DNA of 64,000 bases from an uncultured Pseudomonadota bacterium (lineage in GTDB: Bacteria > Desulfobacterota > Binatia > Binatales > Binataceae). Within the stretch, counting starts at the first letter, position 1; the number at the start of each line of letters is the position of its first letter. Positions 33,295 to 45,323 of this stretch are shown here, in pieces. The stretch covers positions 11,571-75,570 of the forward strand of contig CAWIMH010000031.1 of the NCBI GenBank assembly GCA_963837035.1, written 5' to 3'. The position numbers were made by a program, and so were the translations under genes. The notes under the pieces are model-generated. The model saw nothing but the letters and a program-made list of their open reading frames with translations. It searched no databases and was not told where the DNA came from.

Positions 33295-33813
33295 TCACCT
33301 CAAGAGCGGAGACATCGGCACACGGATGATCAGTCGAAGTGTTGCAAGCAGCGTAAGTCTGGGACGTGCAAGCCAGGCTTCGACCTGGAAGCTTCGAGCC
33401 GTGCCGCGCAGACACCATTCGCAGAAGTGCTCACAGTTATTGGTGAACAGCCGATAGCGGTCTTCCCCCACACGGGATCGTGCTCGGCGGATGATCTCTC
33501 GAACGTCGAAATCGGATGGCGCGTCCGATCTCACCCAGACGCGTTGTCCGCGCCCGAAATGAGCGAAAGGAACTTCTTCCACCGGTCCGCTGCGCAGACC
33601 ATGCGCGAGCCCCGGGTAGTGAACGACCTTGCGGGCACCGACGTAGATGCCGTGATGCAGATAGCCGCGCCGAGGTGTGACAAGGTGCGAACCCAACGGG
33701 GGTTCTTGGTCCCCGACCAGGAGCCAGTCGCCTCTGAGTTGCCGGCCAAATAACGCACGCTCACACCCTGAGAAACGAACGTCTTGGTTGTCTCCTCGCC
33801 TGAACAGACGCAT
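33295..33813 (-). CDS. LRAT-family (permuted NlpC/P60) acyltransferase/phospholipase
   Basis: GYLHHGIYVG...VVHY and EDRYRLFTNNCEHFCEWC; start uncertain (33885 or 33813). Confidence 0.85.
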   Translation of the reverse strand: MRLFRRGDNQDVRFSGCERALFGRQLRGDWLLVGDQEPPLGSHLVTPRRGYLHHGIYVGARKVVHYPGLAHGLRSGPVEEVPFAHFGRGQRVWVRSDAPSDFDVREIIRRARSRVGEDRYRLFTNNCEHFCEWCLRGTARSFQVEAWLARPRLTLLATLRLIIRVPMSPLLR

Positions 33814-33844
33814 GGCAGCGTCACCACGGCCTAAGTGCACGCGC

Positions 33845-34612
33845 TCACAGCGCGCTTCCAACGAGCGTGTAGGCTGCGCGTTCACGCACGCTGTGATAGA
33901 GGGCTTGCGTCTTGGCGTTGGGCGGTACGCCGAGGAAGCGCGTCAGCAACTCGCGGCAGCGCCGGTAGGCCTGCAGCGCCTCGCTGTGATCTCCAAGCTC
34001 CTGGTGGCAGTGCATCAAGCCCCGATACAGACCCTCGTTGAGCGAGTCGAGTTCGATCCCGGATCGATACAAGTTCGCGGCATCTTCCCAACGGCGCGCG
34101 TGTTCGCACTCACGCGCCGCATCGCGGATTGCCCGCAGCAAACGATCACGCAACTCCTGGCGCGCACTCAAAACCCAGGGCTTTTCGGTCTCGTGCTGGA
34201 GAAAATGCCCTTGATAGAGGAGTCGGAGACGGCCGATCCTTTCGATGCCGTTCGCCTCCGAATCATGAATCCGCTGCAGCTCCTCCTCGAACTCCCACAT
34301 GTCGACCCACAACTGGTCCCGGTTCAGGCTGACCTTGCCGCCCTCCATGCGGACCGCGTCGCGTGCACCTAGCAGCTGGCGCAGCCTATAAAGGGCGCTT
34401 TCGAGTGCGTGGTACGCCGCATCGCCCTCAGAATCCGGCCACAGCGCATCGATCAGCACGCCCGCGCTCACTTCCGTTCCACCAAACGCGATCAGGGCCT
34501 GCAGCAGTTCCTGCGGTTTGCGTAAGCGTGGAGGGATGATGACAGGGGTGTCGCCCGTGAGTAAGCGAAAGCGCCCCAACACATGGACCCTGAAACGTTC
34601 GCGGCCTGACAT
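33845..34612 (-). CDS. SARP-like regulator (winged-helix plus BTAD)
   Basis: VHVLGRFRL, LIDALWPD...LYRLRQLL, WVDMWEF, LYQGHFL, ELDSLNEGLYRGLM...ALQAYRRC...LGVPP. Confidence 0.88.
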   Translation of the reverse strand: MSGRERFRVHVLGRFRLLTGDTPVIIPPRLRKPQELLQALIAFGGTEVSAGVLIDALWPDSEGDAAYHALESALYRLRQLLGARDAVRMEGGKVSLNRDQLWVDMWEFEEELQRIHDSEANGIERIGRLRLLYQGHFLQHETEKPWVLSARQELRDRLLRAIRDAARECEHARRWEDAANLYRSGIELDSLNEGLYRGLMHCHQELGDHSEALQAYRRCRELLTRFLGVPPNAKTQALYHSVRERAAYTLVGSAL

Positions 34613-34819
34613 AGCAAACCCCTTTTTTGAGACACCCTGGAACATCAGCTGCGGACACAGCAAACCACCGGTGCACGGCGTAAAACCATTGCACGTGCGT
34701 AAGGGAAAAATGCGCGCATGCAAAATCCGCGAACCGAAGGATACGAAGGGATGAACGTTGGTAGAGATCGGCTACGACCTAGGGACGAGGCCGGCGCTGC
34801 GAGCGGCTCTCTCCCGCCG

Positions 34820-35209
34820 CTACTCGCCCCAGACATCGCGCCTCAGCAGCGCGCAGCGCACGCACGCGAGCAAATCGTCTGCAGCGAACGGTTTTATGAG
34901 ATAGCAAACCACGTTGGCTTTGATTGCTTGCGCCTGCGCCCGCACGTCCAGGTAGGCGGTCATGAGAATGGTGGGGATCGCACGATTTGAGGCGACCAGA
35001 TGCTGATGTAGCTCGAGTCCGGTCATCTTCGGCATACGCATGTCCGCGATCAGGCAGGAGACCTGGCTCAGTCGCCTGGACTTCAGCAGGCTTGCGGCGC
35101 GCGCAAACACGGCCGCCGAATAGCCGGCAGACTCGAGCAGATCCTTGGTCGTCTCCCGGATCGACTCGTCATCATCAACGATCGCAACCAGCGGCCCCTT
35201 GGGCACCAC
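34820..35209 (-). CDS. Single-domain response regulator receiver
   Basis: VAIVDDD, CLIADMRMPKMTG, ILMTA, LIKPF. Confidence 0.88.
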   Translation of the reverse strand: MVPKGPLVAIVDDDESIRETTKDLLESAGYSAAVFARAASLLKSRRLSQVSCLIADMRMPKMTGLELHQHLVASNRAIPTILMTAYLDVRAQAQAIKANVVCYLIKPFAADDLLACVRCALLRRDVWGE

Positions 35210-35350
35210 GTTCTCCGGATGGGCAGTTGAAGAGCGACACTAGTGCGCGCGGACCGTACAAGACAATTGCACGAGCGGGGGGCGCGTCCGCACCTGCGGA
35301 TATTTCAGGGGAGGAAAGTATGCAGGCGCTACGACTTTGGTATAGATCGC

Positions 35351-35977
35351 CTACGACGTTGTGACGGGCTCGCCCAGCCGGTCCGCCATTCGCACGAGCT
35401 CGGGCAGCGATCCCGCGTGCATCTTCCGCATGACTTGCCCGCGGTGAACCTTCACCGTCATCTCGCTCAGGCTCAGCTCCGCTGCGATCTGCTTGTTTGC
35501 CCGCCCGATGACGACGAGCGTCATGATCTGACGCTCGCGCTCGGTAAGAGTAGCGAAGCGCTCGCGCAGCTGGGCAAGGCGCACCGCATCGCGGCGTCTT
35601 TTCCGATCACGCTCGATCGCCGCGTGAATCGCATCGAGCAGATCCTGATCGTGAAACGGCTTGGTGAGGAACTCGACAGCGCCCGCCTTCATCGCCCGCA
35701 CACTCATCGGAATGTCCCCGTGGCCTGTGATGAAAATCACGGGCAGCGCCAGACCCTCTTTCGCGAGCTCCTTCTGAAACGTCAATCCGCTCATCCCTGG
35801 CAAGCGTACGTCGAGCACGAGACAGCCCGGTGCGTCCGGCGGCTTGCTCTGCAGAAACTCCTCCGGCGCGGCGAACGCGCGCACCTCAAGGCCCACACTG
35901 TGCACGAGATCCTCGAGCGCCGCGCGCATCGATGGATCATCGTCGATGACGAAGACGACGGCTCGCTCCTCGACCAT
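35351..35977 (-). CDS. FixJ/NodW/TodT-family response regulator (REC-LuxR HTH)
   Basis: VFVIDDD, LVLDVRLPG, FITGHGDIPMSVRAMKAGAVEFLTKPF, LTERE...NKQIA...TVKVHRGQVMRKM. Confidence 0.93.
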   Translation of the reverse strand: MVEERAVVFVIDDDPSMRAALEDLVHSVGLEVRAFAAPEEFLQSKPPDAPGCLVLDVRLPGMSGLTFQKELAKEGLALPVIFITGHGDIPMSVRAMKAGAVEFLTKPFHDQDLLDAIHAAIERDRKRRRDAVRLAQLRERFATLTERERQIMTLVVIGRANKQIAAELSLSEMTVKVHRGQVMRKMHAGSLPELVRMADRLGEPVTTS

Positions 35978-36056
35978 GATGAGACTCCCTAGGACCGATA
36001 AGGGCCCGCGCACGCCCAGCCAATCCGTCACTATACCAACCTCCTACCTCGCGTAT

Positions 36057-39000
36057 CTACGGCGCCGGTTCGCTGACCGGCAACGAACAAAGGAACACCG
36101 TCCCATGTGGTGCGTTCGCTGCCGCCGACAGGCGACCGCCATGTGCTTCGACGATCGAGCGACTGATCGACAAGCCGATGCCAAGCCCCTCTGCCTTGGT
36201 CGTATAAAAGGGCTCAAACAGGTGAGGTGCATGCTCCGGGTCGAGTCCCGTCCCGGAGTCGCGCACTTCAACGGATACGGTATCCGGCCCATCCGAAGCT
36301 GACACTATCGTCAACTCGCGGGGCCGCTCTTTGATCCCGCTCATCGCCTCGATCGCATTGATGATCAGATTGAGCAGCACCTGCTGCAGCTGCACCCTGT
36401 CGCAGCGGATGAGCGGTAGATCGTGGCCGAGCCGTGTTTCGAGCAGAATTTCGCTTCGGCGCAGCTGGTATTGTGCAAGCGCTACCACTTCGAGAATTGT
36501 TTCATTGATGTCCAGCCATTCTTTGCGCGGCGCCTGGCGCTTCATGAGTGCCCGAATGCGCCGGATGACTTCGCCCGCCCTCTTACCATCGTTAGCGATG
36601 CGTTCCAGCGCCCGTCGGGCCTTGTCCATTTGTGGAGGCTTGGTCGCCAGCCAGCGTGCGCCGGCGGCTGCACTCGTGACAATGGCGCCGAGCGGCTGAT
36701 TCACCTCATGCGCGATCGACGCGGTGAGCTCCCCCATGGTCATCACACGGGTCATGTGCGCAAACTCGGCCTGCGTACTGCGCAGGGCTTCCTGAGCTTG
36801 CCGCCAATCGTGCACGTCGGTTGAGGTGCCAACCAATCCAAGTACGTTCCCCTCTGCGTCCCGTACCGGCACCGCTCGATTCAGATGCCAGCGGTATGTC
36901 CCATCGCGGGCGCGAAGAAACCGTGCTTCCATCGTAAAGCCCCGCCCGGAGCGTATGCCGTCCCAGTAGCTCCGGGATGCACTCTCTCGATCCTCAGGGT
37001 GAATAGTAGCCATCCACGCCTCGGGGTGTGAATTGACGTATTCGGGTGTTTGGCCGGTGTATTCGTACCAAAGCTGATTCACGATGTCGGGAGTCCCGTC
37101 TGGCGTCACCGACCAGGCCGCGACGGGAATTTGCTGCAACATGTTCACCCGGAGGTGCAGCTCATCGACGGCTGCGGCGCGTTTCGTAAATTCCCCGATC
37201 TGGCTGCCGATGGTTGCCATACGTCGAGCAGGTTCTCGTCGGGTTGCGAAACGTCACGACTGATGAAGCCGATGACGCCGAGAACCTCGCGTCCTAGCAG
37301 GATTGGAAAGGCAAAGGCCCCGTGTAACACCTTACGTGCGGCAATGTCCACGCGGCGAAACGCCGGGTCACGCATTACATCCAGAATATACGCCGGCGTA
37401 CCGTCGCCCAAACACGACCGGGCAGCCCGCTGCCTCGAACGAAAGGTGCTGGTCCGAGTGGCAGCCTCGAATTGCGCGGCCTCGAGGGAGGGTGTCCGCC
37501 ACAACTCCTCGCAGCGGAGGACGCCCGCATGCCGGATCGATTTGCCACATAGCACCGAGATCCCATCCCGGCCATTCGCCCATCACCTCAAGGATTTTTG
37601 GCGTCGATTTCCTCGAGCGTTGCGGCGTCCGCCAAGATACGCGTAACGCGGTATTGTACCAACAGGCGGTGCTCGGCGCGCTTGCGCTCGGTGACATCGA
37701 TCACGGTCCCGAAATTCAAGCAGCTCGCCCGCCTCGTTGAGAACCGGATGCCCAACGAGTGAAGGTGCCGGACAGTCCCATCGGGATCACGATCCGGTAG
37801 TGCTGCTCGTATTCGGTTTTGTCGCGGAATGGCCGTCTGCGAGTTAGTTCCTGAACACGGGTTCGGGTCCTCGGGTGAAGCCATTGGCGGGTGTCTTCGA
37901 ATCGGGGCGGGCCGCTCCCCGGGGATCCAGTCTCAAAACACGGAAGCCTCATCCGAGTAGTGCTTCATTCCTGATCAGTGATCGTAGGCCCAACTGCCTG
38001 TGTGCGAAAGCCGCTGCGCTTCGGCGAGATACGCTTCACTTTGCCTAAAAGCCTGTTCTACGCGCTTGCGCTCCGTCAGATCGAGCACGACGCTAACACC
38101 TTGGTTCTCACCTTCGAAGCTCGCAGCAGCAGTCAGTACGGGTACGCGGCTGCCGTCCTTGCGAAAGAATTCCCATTCAAACGGTTGCACGCTCCCGCTA
38201 CGCTGGACCTCTGCGATAAGTTCTTGACGATCGTGGCCGAGCGATTGGGCCGGCGTCAATTCGGTCCAACGCAGGCGGCCTGAGACGAGATCTTCATGCT
38301 CGTATCCCACCATACGGAGAAACGCGTCATTGGCCTCGAGAATGGTACCATCGAGGTCCCAAATCACGATCCCGACGATATTGGCGTCTACCAACCGCCG
38401 GATCTTCGCCTCGCGCTTGGCAAGGTCGCGGTACAGGCGAGCATTCTCCAGCGACATTGCGGCCTGCGACGCGAGCAGCTTTAGCACCGTGAACGGTCCG
38501 GGCCGAAAACGCGAGGTGCGAGATTGTTCTCCAGATAGAGAATCCCGATGAGCTTGCTGTGGCTCATCAGTGGCAGACAGAGAACCGAACGAGCCCGGCG
38601 CTGAACGATATATGGATCGGAGGAAAACGGATTCTGCGTCGATGCGTCATCGAGAATCACGCTTTCTTGGTGCGCACGACGATGCGAACAAGCGACTCCG
38701 GCAGCGCGGCTTCGGTTTCGGCGTCATCGCCGCAGACGCACCGTTACATCATCTCCACTCGTGGTCGCTTCAGCCTCCACTGCAGCTCACCACCTCGCGG
38801 AACAATCAAGAGACCTCGCTCGGCGCCTGCGTGCTCGATGGCTGTCCGCATGGAGTTTAAAGATCAGTTTTTCGAGAGACGATATCGCCCGAGAGGGCCT
38901 CCGAGACCTTGATCACGGTCACGAGGTCGAGTTGCTCAACAGGCGCCTCGAACGTGCTGGTCGGCGCGGGTGCTCGCTCTGACTCACCGAGGTGCGGATG

Positions 39001-42000
39001 CAACGCCTCGAGTTGCCGCACTTTGCCAGTCGGCGCCCCAGCGGAGATAACCCTCGCGTGCGCGCCGCATGTATAAACGCGCGAATTTCCTCGAAGCCGC
39101 GCGTCTCGTAGAAGCGCGCGGCCAATTCGTAGGCGATCGCCTCATTGTGGACGAAGCCGTTAGCGCGCGCCGAGCGGATAGCTTGTTCGTACAGACGCTC
39201 GGCGTCGATCTCGCGGCCCTCGAGGCGCGCAATCTCGGCGGCGACCAACGCCGCTCGGTTATCGAAATTCTCCGGGCAGTTTGCGGCCCACTTCTGGAAC
39301 TGGCGGTGATGGGCAGCCAAGGCCTCTAGGTAGTGGGCTCGCTCTCCGCCGCGCGCCCTATCACAGAGCGCGGCCCGGGCCAGCGCGGCGTAAAGATGGT
39401 ACTCCGCAAACTGGAAAAACATCTCTGAGGTCCAAAAGAGGCGTTCTGCCTGTGCCGCCGCGGCAAGCGCGGTCGCATAGTCGTTGGCAAGGACACGCGC
39501 CTGCAGCTTTCGGACCCAGTAAAGGCAGGTGGCAACCGCCAGGCGCGGCTCCGCCTCCAGATGCCGCTCGAAACGACCCTCGTCGAACTCGGCGTCATTG
39601 AAAGAGCCGAAGATCGGGGTCAGGCCGCGCATCATGCGGATGAACTGAAGCAGTGGAGCGATAAGGTCGACTTGTAAGCCGGACCTTCGCTTGCGCACGA
39701 AGTCGAGCCTTGCCTCGGCCTCGCGCTGCACATCGCCGAGTGGGTCGCCGGCGGCGATGAGGTCAAAGATCCGTGATGACGCAGCTGTAGTCGGCAAACG
39801 TGCGGTCGCCTAGTCTTTCGGCCGCGTCGAAAGCGCGCTGGATCAGGCTGCGGCCGCTGCGGATGGGCTGCGTCCAGGGAATGATGTCGATCGCGAGGAC
39901 CAAGTAGACGCCGGCCTCAAAGCGATCGAGCCCGCGCTGCTCCACTAGATCGAGGCCGAGTTTGCCGAAGCGAGAACTCGCCCTGTAGTCGCCGAATTCC
40001 GATCCGAGGACAGCGCCGACCAAGGCATAGGCATAGCACGATGCGTCGCTATTGCCGTGCTCCAAGCTGAGGTTCACCATGCGGCCGATGACGACGATAC
40101 TGCAGGTTCTGGTCGATGAACCTTGCCGGCGTCTGGGCTTTGGTGAGGACGTCCATTGTCGCGCGCCACTCGGGATCGGTCATCGGGGGCAAATCGCGGA
40201 GTTCCTCAATCGAGCGACTCCCGATCTGCCGCCAGATCCGCTCGTATTCCCGCCGGACCTCCTCCTTCGTCGGATGCGCCGACCACGCGATGTCGACGTG
40301 GCGGAGATATTCAAGACATACGTCGACTGCGCGGTCACTTCGACCGAGGGTCATGAAGAGATCCTCCCGCAGCCCGGCGACAGCGGCCAGATCGGGTACT
40401 GTGAGTGCACGGCGGGCCAGGTTGGCGAGGCGCTGCTCCGCTTCCGCTAGCGCTCCGGTCAGGAACTCGCATTCCGCCCAACCGAGCTCCAGCGCGAAGG
40501 CGAGATCGTGGCGGCGCTTCCAGGAGTCTTCCGGCAGGAAAGCAGCCCCGGCGGTGAAATATACCAGGGCCGAGGCGTACGCCGTCGACGCCTTCGCGCG
40601 TTTCCCCGCGATTAACATGAGGTCGGCCAGCTGCTCGCGCTCCTTTGGCCCACTGATCAAGGCCGCGCCACGGTTGAGGTGATTGACGATCTCGAAGATC
40701 GCCTCCTCGCGCTTCTCGGGAGGAGTGTGCGCCATGAGCAGGCGGCCGATCCGCAGATGCGCTTCGGCGCGTCGGTCCTCCGGAATGAGCGAGTAGGCAG
40801 CTTCCTGCACCCGGTCGTGGATGAACCTGTAGACGTCAGCAGAGCGTTCGACGAACCCCTGGCGGACCGCGTCCCACAGATCTGCGTGAACCTGTTCCTC
40901 CGATGTCTCCAGCACGAGCGAGAGCGTCGTTACGTCGGCGCTGGCGCCCAGGCAGGCGAGCTGCCGCAACGCGTTCTGCATTTCGACCGGCAGGTGGCTC
41001 AGCTTGCCGACCACAAGGTCTGCGACGTTGTCGGTGTATCCCTTGGCGCGGATACAATCGAGGTCCCAAGACCAGCGCGCCCGGTCATGCTCAAACGTTA
41101 GCAATCCTTCTCCGGCGACCGCGCGAAGAAACTGGATGCGAAAAACGGGTTGCCGGCGGTCTTCTCGTGCACCAGCTGCGAGAGCGGAGCGGAGTGCGCA
41201 GGTTCGCAGTGAAGCGTATCGGCGATGAGCTGTTCCACGACTTCTGGGGCGAGGGGCGCCAGGCGAACTCCTGCACGGGCGCTCCGTCTTTCCGGATCGC
41301 ATCCAGCTTGCGCGTCAGCGGATGCGTCGGATCGACCTCATTGTCCCGATAAGCGCCGATGACCAGCAGGCGCTCCGCACCCGGCTGCGAAAGCAAATTC
41401 TCCAGCAAATCGAGCGTCGCCACATCCAGCCATTGCAAATCGTCGAGGAACAGCGCCAGTGGATGTTCCGGTCGCGCAAAAACGCCAATGAAACGCCGAA
41501 ACACGAGCTGAAACCGACCTTGCGTCTGCTGTGGCGGAAGCTCCGGCACTGGCGGCTGCTCGCCGATGATCAGCTTCAGTTCGGGCACAAGGTCGACCAT
41601 GAGCCGTCCATTCGCACCCAGCGCCTCGTGGAGGGCGTCGCACCAAGCCACCAGATCGGCGTCGCTCTTCGCGAGAAGGTCTCGGATCAGACTCTGAAAC
41701 GCCTGAGCGAGCGTCGCATACGGGATGTCGCGCTTGTATTGATCGAATTTGCCTGATGCGAACAGGCCCCGCGGCGGAACAAGCGATTTATGAAGCTCAT
41801 TCACAACGGAGGACTTGCCGACGCCAGAGTATCCGGAAACAAGAACCAGCTCCGGCTCGCCGCCTGGCTACAACGCGATCGAACGCAGCGAGCAAGGCGT
41901 CGATTTCGGATTCTCGCCCGTACAGTTTCTCTGGAATCAGCAGCCGATCTGGCGTGTCATGTTCGCCAAGGGGGAATTCGTCGATGCGACGCTGCGCTTC

Positions 42001-42887
42001 CCATTCAGTGAGACAGCGCCGAAGATCACTCTCGACGCCGGCTGCTGTCTGGTAGCGCTCCTCAGCCGTCTTGGCGAGCAGCTTCATGATGAGTGCCGAA
42101 ACCGTGCGCGGAACACCGTTCAACCTTCGCGCATGGTGGTGTCGGCTGTCTTGCCATATGACAGTGCACCAATTCCATCGGATCTGATTCCGTAAATGGC
42201 AGAGTCCCGGTGAGCATTTCGTAGAACGTGACGCCTAAACCATACAGATCGCTGCGCGCATCGATCGAGCGGTTCATGCGCCCAGTCTGTTCGGGGGCCA
42301 TGTAGGCCAACGTCCCGACGAGGAACTCCGAAAGCTGGCCCGACTGGCGCTCGCGTGGCAGGCGTGATGCAACGCCCAGGCCCATCAGCCACGCTTGGGT
42401 CACGGGCAGCATTCACCAGGATATTGGCGGGCTTGATGTCCCTGTGCACGAGACCACGGCCGTGTACATGGTCAAGAGCGGCCGCGACATGGATGGCGAG
42501 GCGCAGAAATTGCGCGATGTCCATCGCGCCGTTGAGGAGTAGATCGAGCGGCGTCCCGGTCGGATCCTCGAGAATCAGCATCGGGCGGCCTTGGGTCTGC
42601 ACCATCGAGAGGGACCGGACCACATAGGCCGGATCCAGCTCGGATCGCAGGGCGTAGTCCTCCTGCAGGCTGCGCACAGTTACGGGCGAGGGAGGGTCCG
42701 CGACCGGCACCTGCACCAGAATCGATGAGGGGCTCCCTTCCTTATGACCGCTGCGCAAGCCGCGAAACAGCACAAACTCGACGTCCCTGCGCACTTCCTC
42801 CAGTGTGTACTGCGCTAGATCAAGCACGCCCTGCTCCGACGATGGAGCAAGATCACGAGAGTCGACGTCGAGAGCTGTCGTACTCAT
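36057..42887 (-). CDS. Giant Ser/Thr-kinase-like / AAA ATPase / TPR / GAF / PAS / histidine kinase sensor (many frameshifts)
   Basis: [26 protein letters not shown], Walker [10 protein letters not shown] (about 41815-41840), [22 protein letters not shown] and several [48 protein letters not shown]. Confidence 0.87.
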
Positions 42888-43128
42888 GTGCTGCCTGCCT
42901 CTTGCTGTCCCCAAGGCCGCGCCTTCGGCGGGCGATCGGCAAGCCAAGTGCGTTGGCCAGCCGTACGGCCAGACCCGCGCCGCGGCCTCTGACTCACGGG
43001 ATGTCGCCCAGCCCTGTCTCACTGCGCTGACGAAATCGTCGCTATCCGCGAAGGACCGTACTCCGCGTTCATCTCCCCCGTTTTCGACGGTCACAACGTC
43101 ATTTTACCATGAGCGCGCGGTCTGTGAT

Positions 43129-44771
43129 TCAGAGCAGTCCGAGAGCGCCGGCCGTCGATACGGCGTGGGCGCGGGTCTGCACGGCGAGCTTGATGAAGAT
43201 GCCTTTGACGTGGGACTTCACGGTCTCGGGGGCAATCTGCAGCTCTTGAGCGATGCGTTTGTTGGAAAGTCCACAGCTCATCGAGCGCAGGACGCTCTGT
43301 TCGCGAGGACTCAGCGACTCCGTGACGCGCGAGGGACGAGTCGGCGACGTGCGTGAGCGCTGCTGAGCACGGTCCGCGAGAATGCTTCCGATGTAGGGTC
43401 TGAGCTCCGGGGGCAGGCGGCTGTCCTGAGGGGTGGCATGGTAAAGGGACAGCAGGAGCTCGGCCACGTGCGCTCCGGCATCGACGAATGTCTGATACAC
43501 CCCGGCGCGCGCGCCAACCTGAAGCGCTTGAACGAGCATCGCACGACCTTCGGCTTGGTCTCCGCACCCGAGCAGAGCGTCGGCCAGCTGAACCGACAAT
43601 CGCAGTGCCCAGTAGTTGTTTCGCTTGCCGCAGCTCGCCGCTTGAAGCTCCCGGAGAATCGTTGCCCCTCGGCACGCGTCCCCGGTGGCGACCAGTACCT
43701 GTGCACGTGCCAAGGCATGGCTGGCATGCAGCGTGTCGTGCGAGGAGAACCGATGATCGCGCGCGAGTGTCTCGATGCGCTCAGTACAGATCGCTGCGTC
43801 GCGCGTGCGACCCTCCGTGAGGAGAAGCTGCGTACGCAGCATCAAGCTCTCCGCCATCATCCCCGTCCAGTCGCGCGCCGCCGCCAGGGCCTCCGCCTCC
43901 TTCAGGATGAGGAGGGCGAACTCCGTGTCTCCCCGACGGGCGGCGAGACGAGCCAGAACCCTATATCCTCGCAAGGCGCTCTCCTCGTCCCCTGACGTTC
44001 GGACCGCCGTGAGGCTCTCCATGACCAGAGCGTCCAGGCCGGCGCAGTGCCCTTCCTCGTAGAGCAACTCTGCGAGCACGACGGCCGCTCGGGCTGTCAC
44101 TGGTGATCGCTTCCCGAAACGACTCACGGCGCGTTCGTGCGCGCTCCTTGCAAGTCTCGTCGCGACGGCCAGTCGGAGCTGTTCAGCCTCCACAACCGCC
44201 TCGAACGTCGCCCCGATGATCGTCGCAAGCCCGTGCGTGCCGCGATGAGTCGGCACCGCGTGTTTGAGACGAGGCACCGCGTAGTATCGATCAAAGTCTC
44301 GCACCTTCCAGTAGCCGACGCGCAGCGCTGCCGCCAGCGCGGGACTCTTCCCACCTGACCGGTGACGGCTTTCGAGTACGGCAAGCGCCGCGCGCACCGC
44401 GGCGCCGTCCTGGCTCTTCAGCACAAGCAGCACGGCTCTTAAGACCTCGGCAAACTCGCGCGATCGGGCCGCAATCGGGGCATCGGCACGCGCGATCTCA
44501 TCTTCGAACTGCGCGACGGCCGCCAACGCATCGTCGATACGCAACTCGATGAGGCTCCGCCAAGCGCGCACGAGCAGGGTGTTCGGGGAAAGCCGGGCGC
44601 TTCGTGATTCCAGCGCGCTGAGCTCCGAGCGTGGTCTGGAATTCGGATTCCCGCCGGGCCGCTGCCGTGTGGACCATGAAGCGCGGTACGCCGCGGGCGA
44701 GAGTCCCGGTTCAGGGCAGCGGAATCATGCGGCCGGACAATTGCGAGAGATGATCGACGCACAGCTTGCAT
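43129..44771 (-). CDS. MalT-like LuxR-family transcriptional regulator (TPR sensor plus C-terminal HTH, no ATPase domain; frameshift near 44575)
   Basis: LSPREQSVL...GLSNKRIAQELQIAPETVKSHVKGIFIKLAVQTRAHAV; Ala/Leu-rich helical repeats; GGAGG RBS before ATG 44771. Confidence 0.85.
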
Positions 44772-44920
44772 TGAGCCTCCCGAAGACATGGATCGTTCGT
44801 CAAGCAGGCAGCTGAAAGACATTACCGATGGTTGGTTCGGAACGAGAGTAGGATGCGGCGGCTCACGGCAAGCTCACGGGGTGGAGGCAGGGAGGGCTCT
44901 GTGGACACGTTCACACCAGC

Positions 44921-44951
44921 GGGACGGTCGCATGGATGATGCGACCGTCCC
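44921..44951. repeat. Perfect 13-bp inverted repeat
   Basis: GGGACGGTCGCAT-GGATG-ATGCGACCGTCCC. Confidence 0.8.
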
Positions 44952-45323
44952 AGAGTGGGCAGTTGCCTTGGCCGCCGCCGGCGGCCTCGCGGTCACCCAA
45001 AGGACAGGCCGTCCCGCCTGCTCCAATTGGCGCAGTGTGGCGAGGGCCTGATGGACCGAACAAAATGGTGCCCGAGGTGCCGTCGGGCAACACACGCTGA
45101 GGGTTTGCCCTCGGCGCTAGCGGATTCGAGGTAATTTGGTTGCTGTGGGGCCATCTTTTAACTTGTCCAGGCGAGTCGACGCGGGTCAACGTTGCCCGCA
45201 GCGGTTCGAGTTGCGCCTATCCGAAGATAGGGATTAGAGAGGTCCGAATCACTACGACGCGCAGGACAGGCTCTAGCGATATGACCCCGTAGGGAAGATG
45301 CCCATAAGAATTCGAAGTCGGCG

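Noticed and set aside
43074-43089. TCCCCC half-site upstream of the giant kinase
   Set aside because: No second half-site and no -10 at the expected distance
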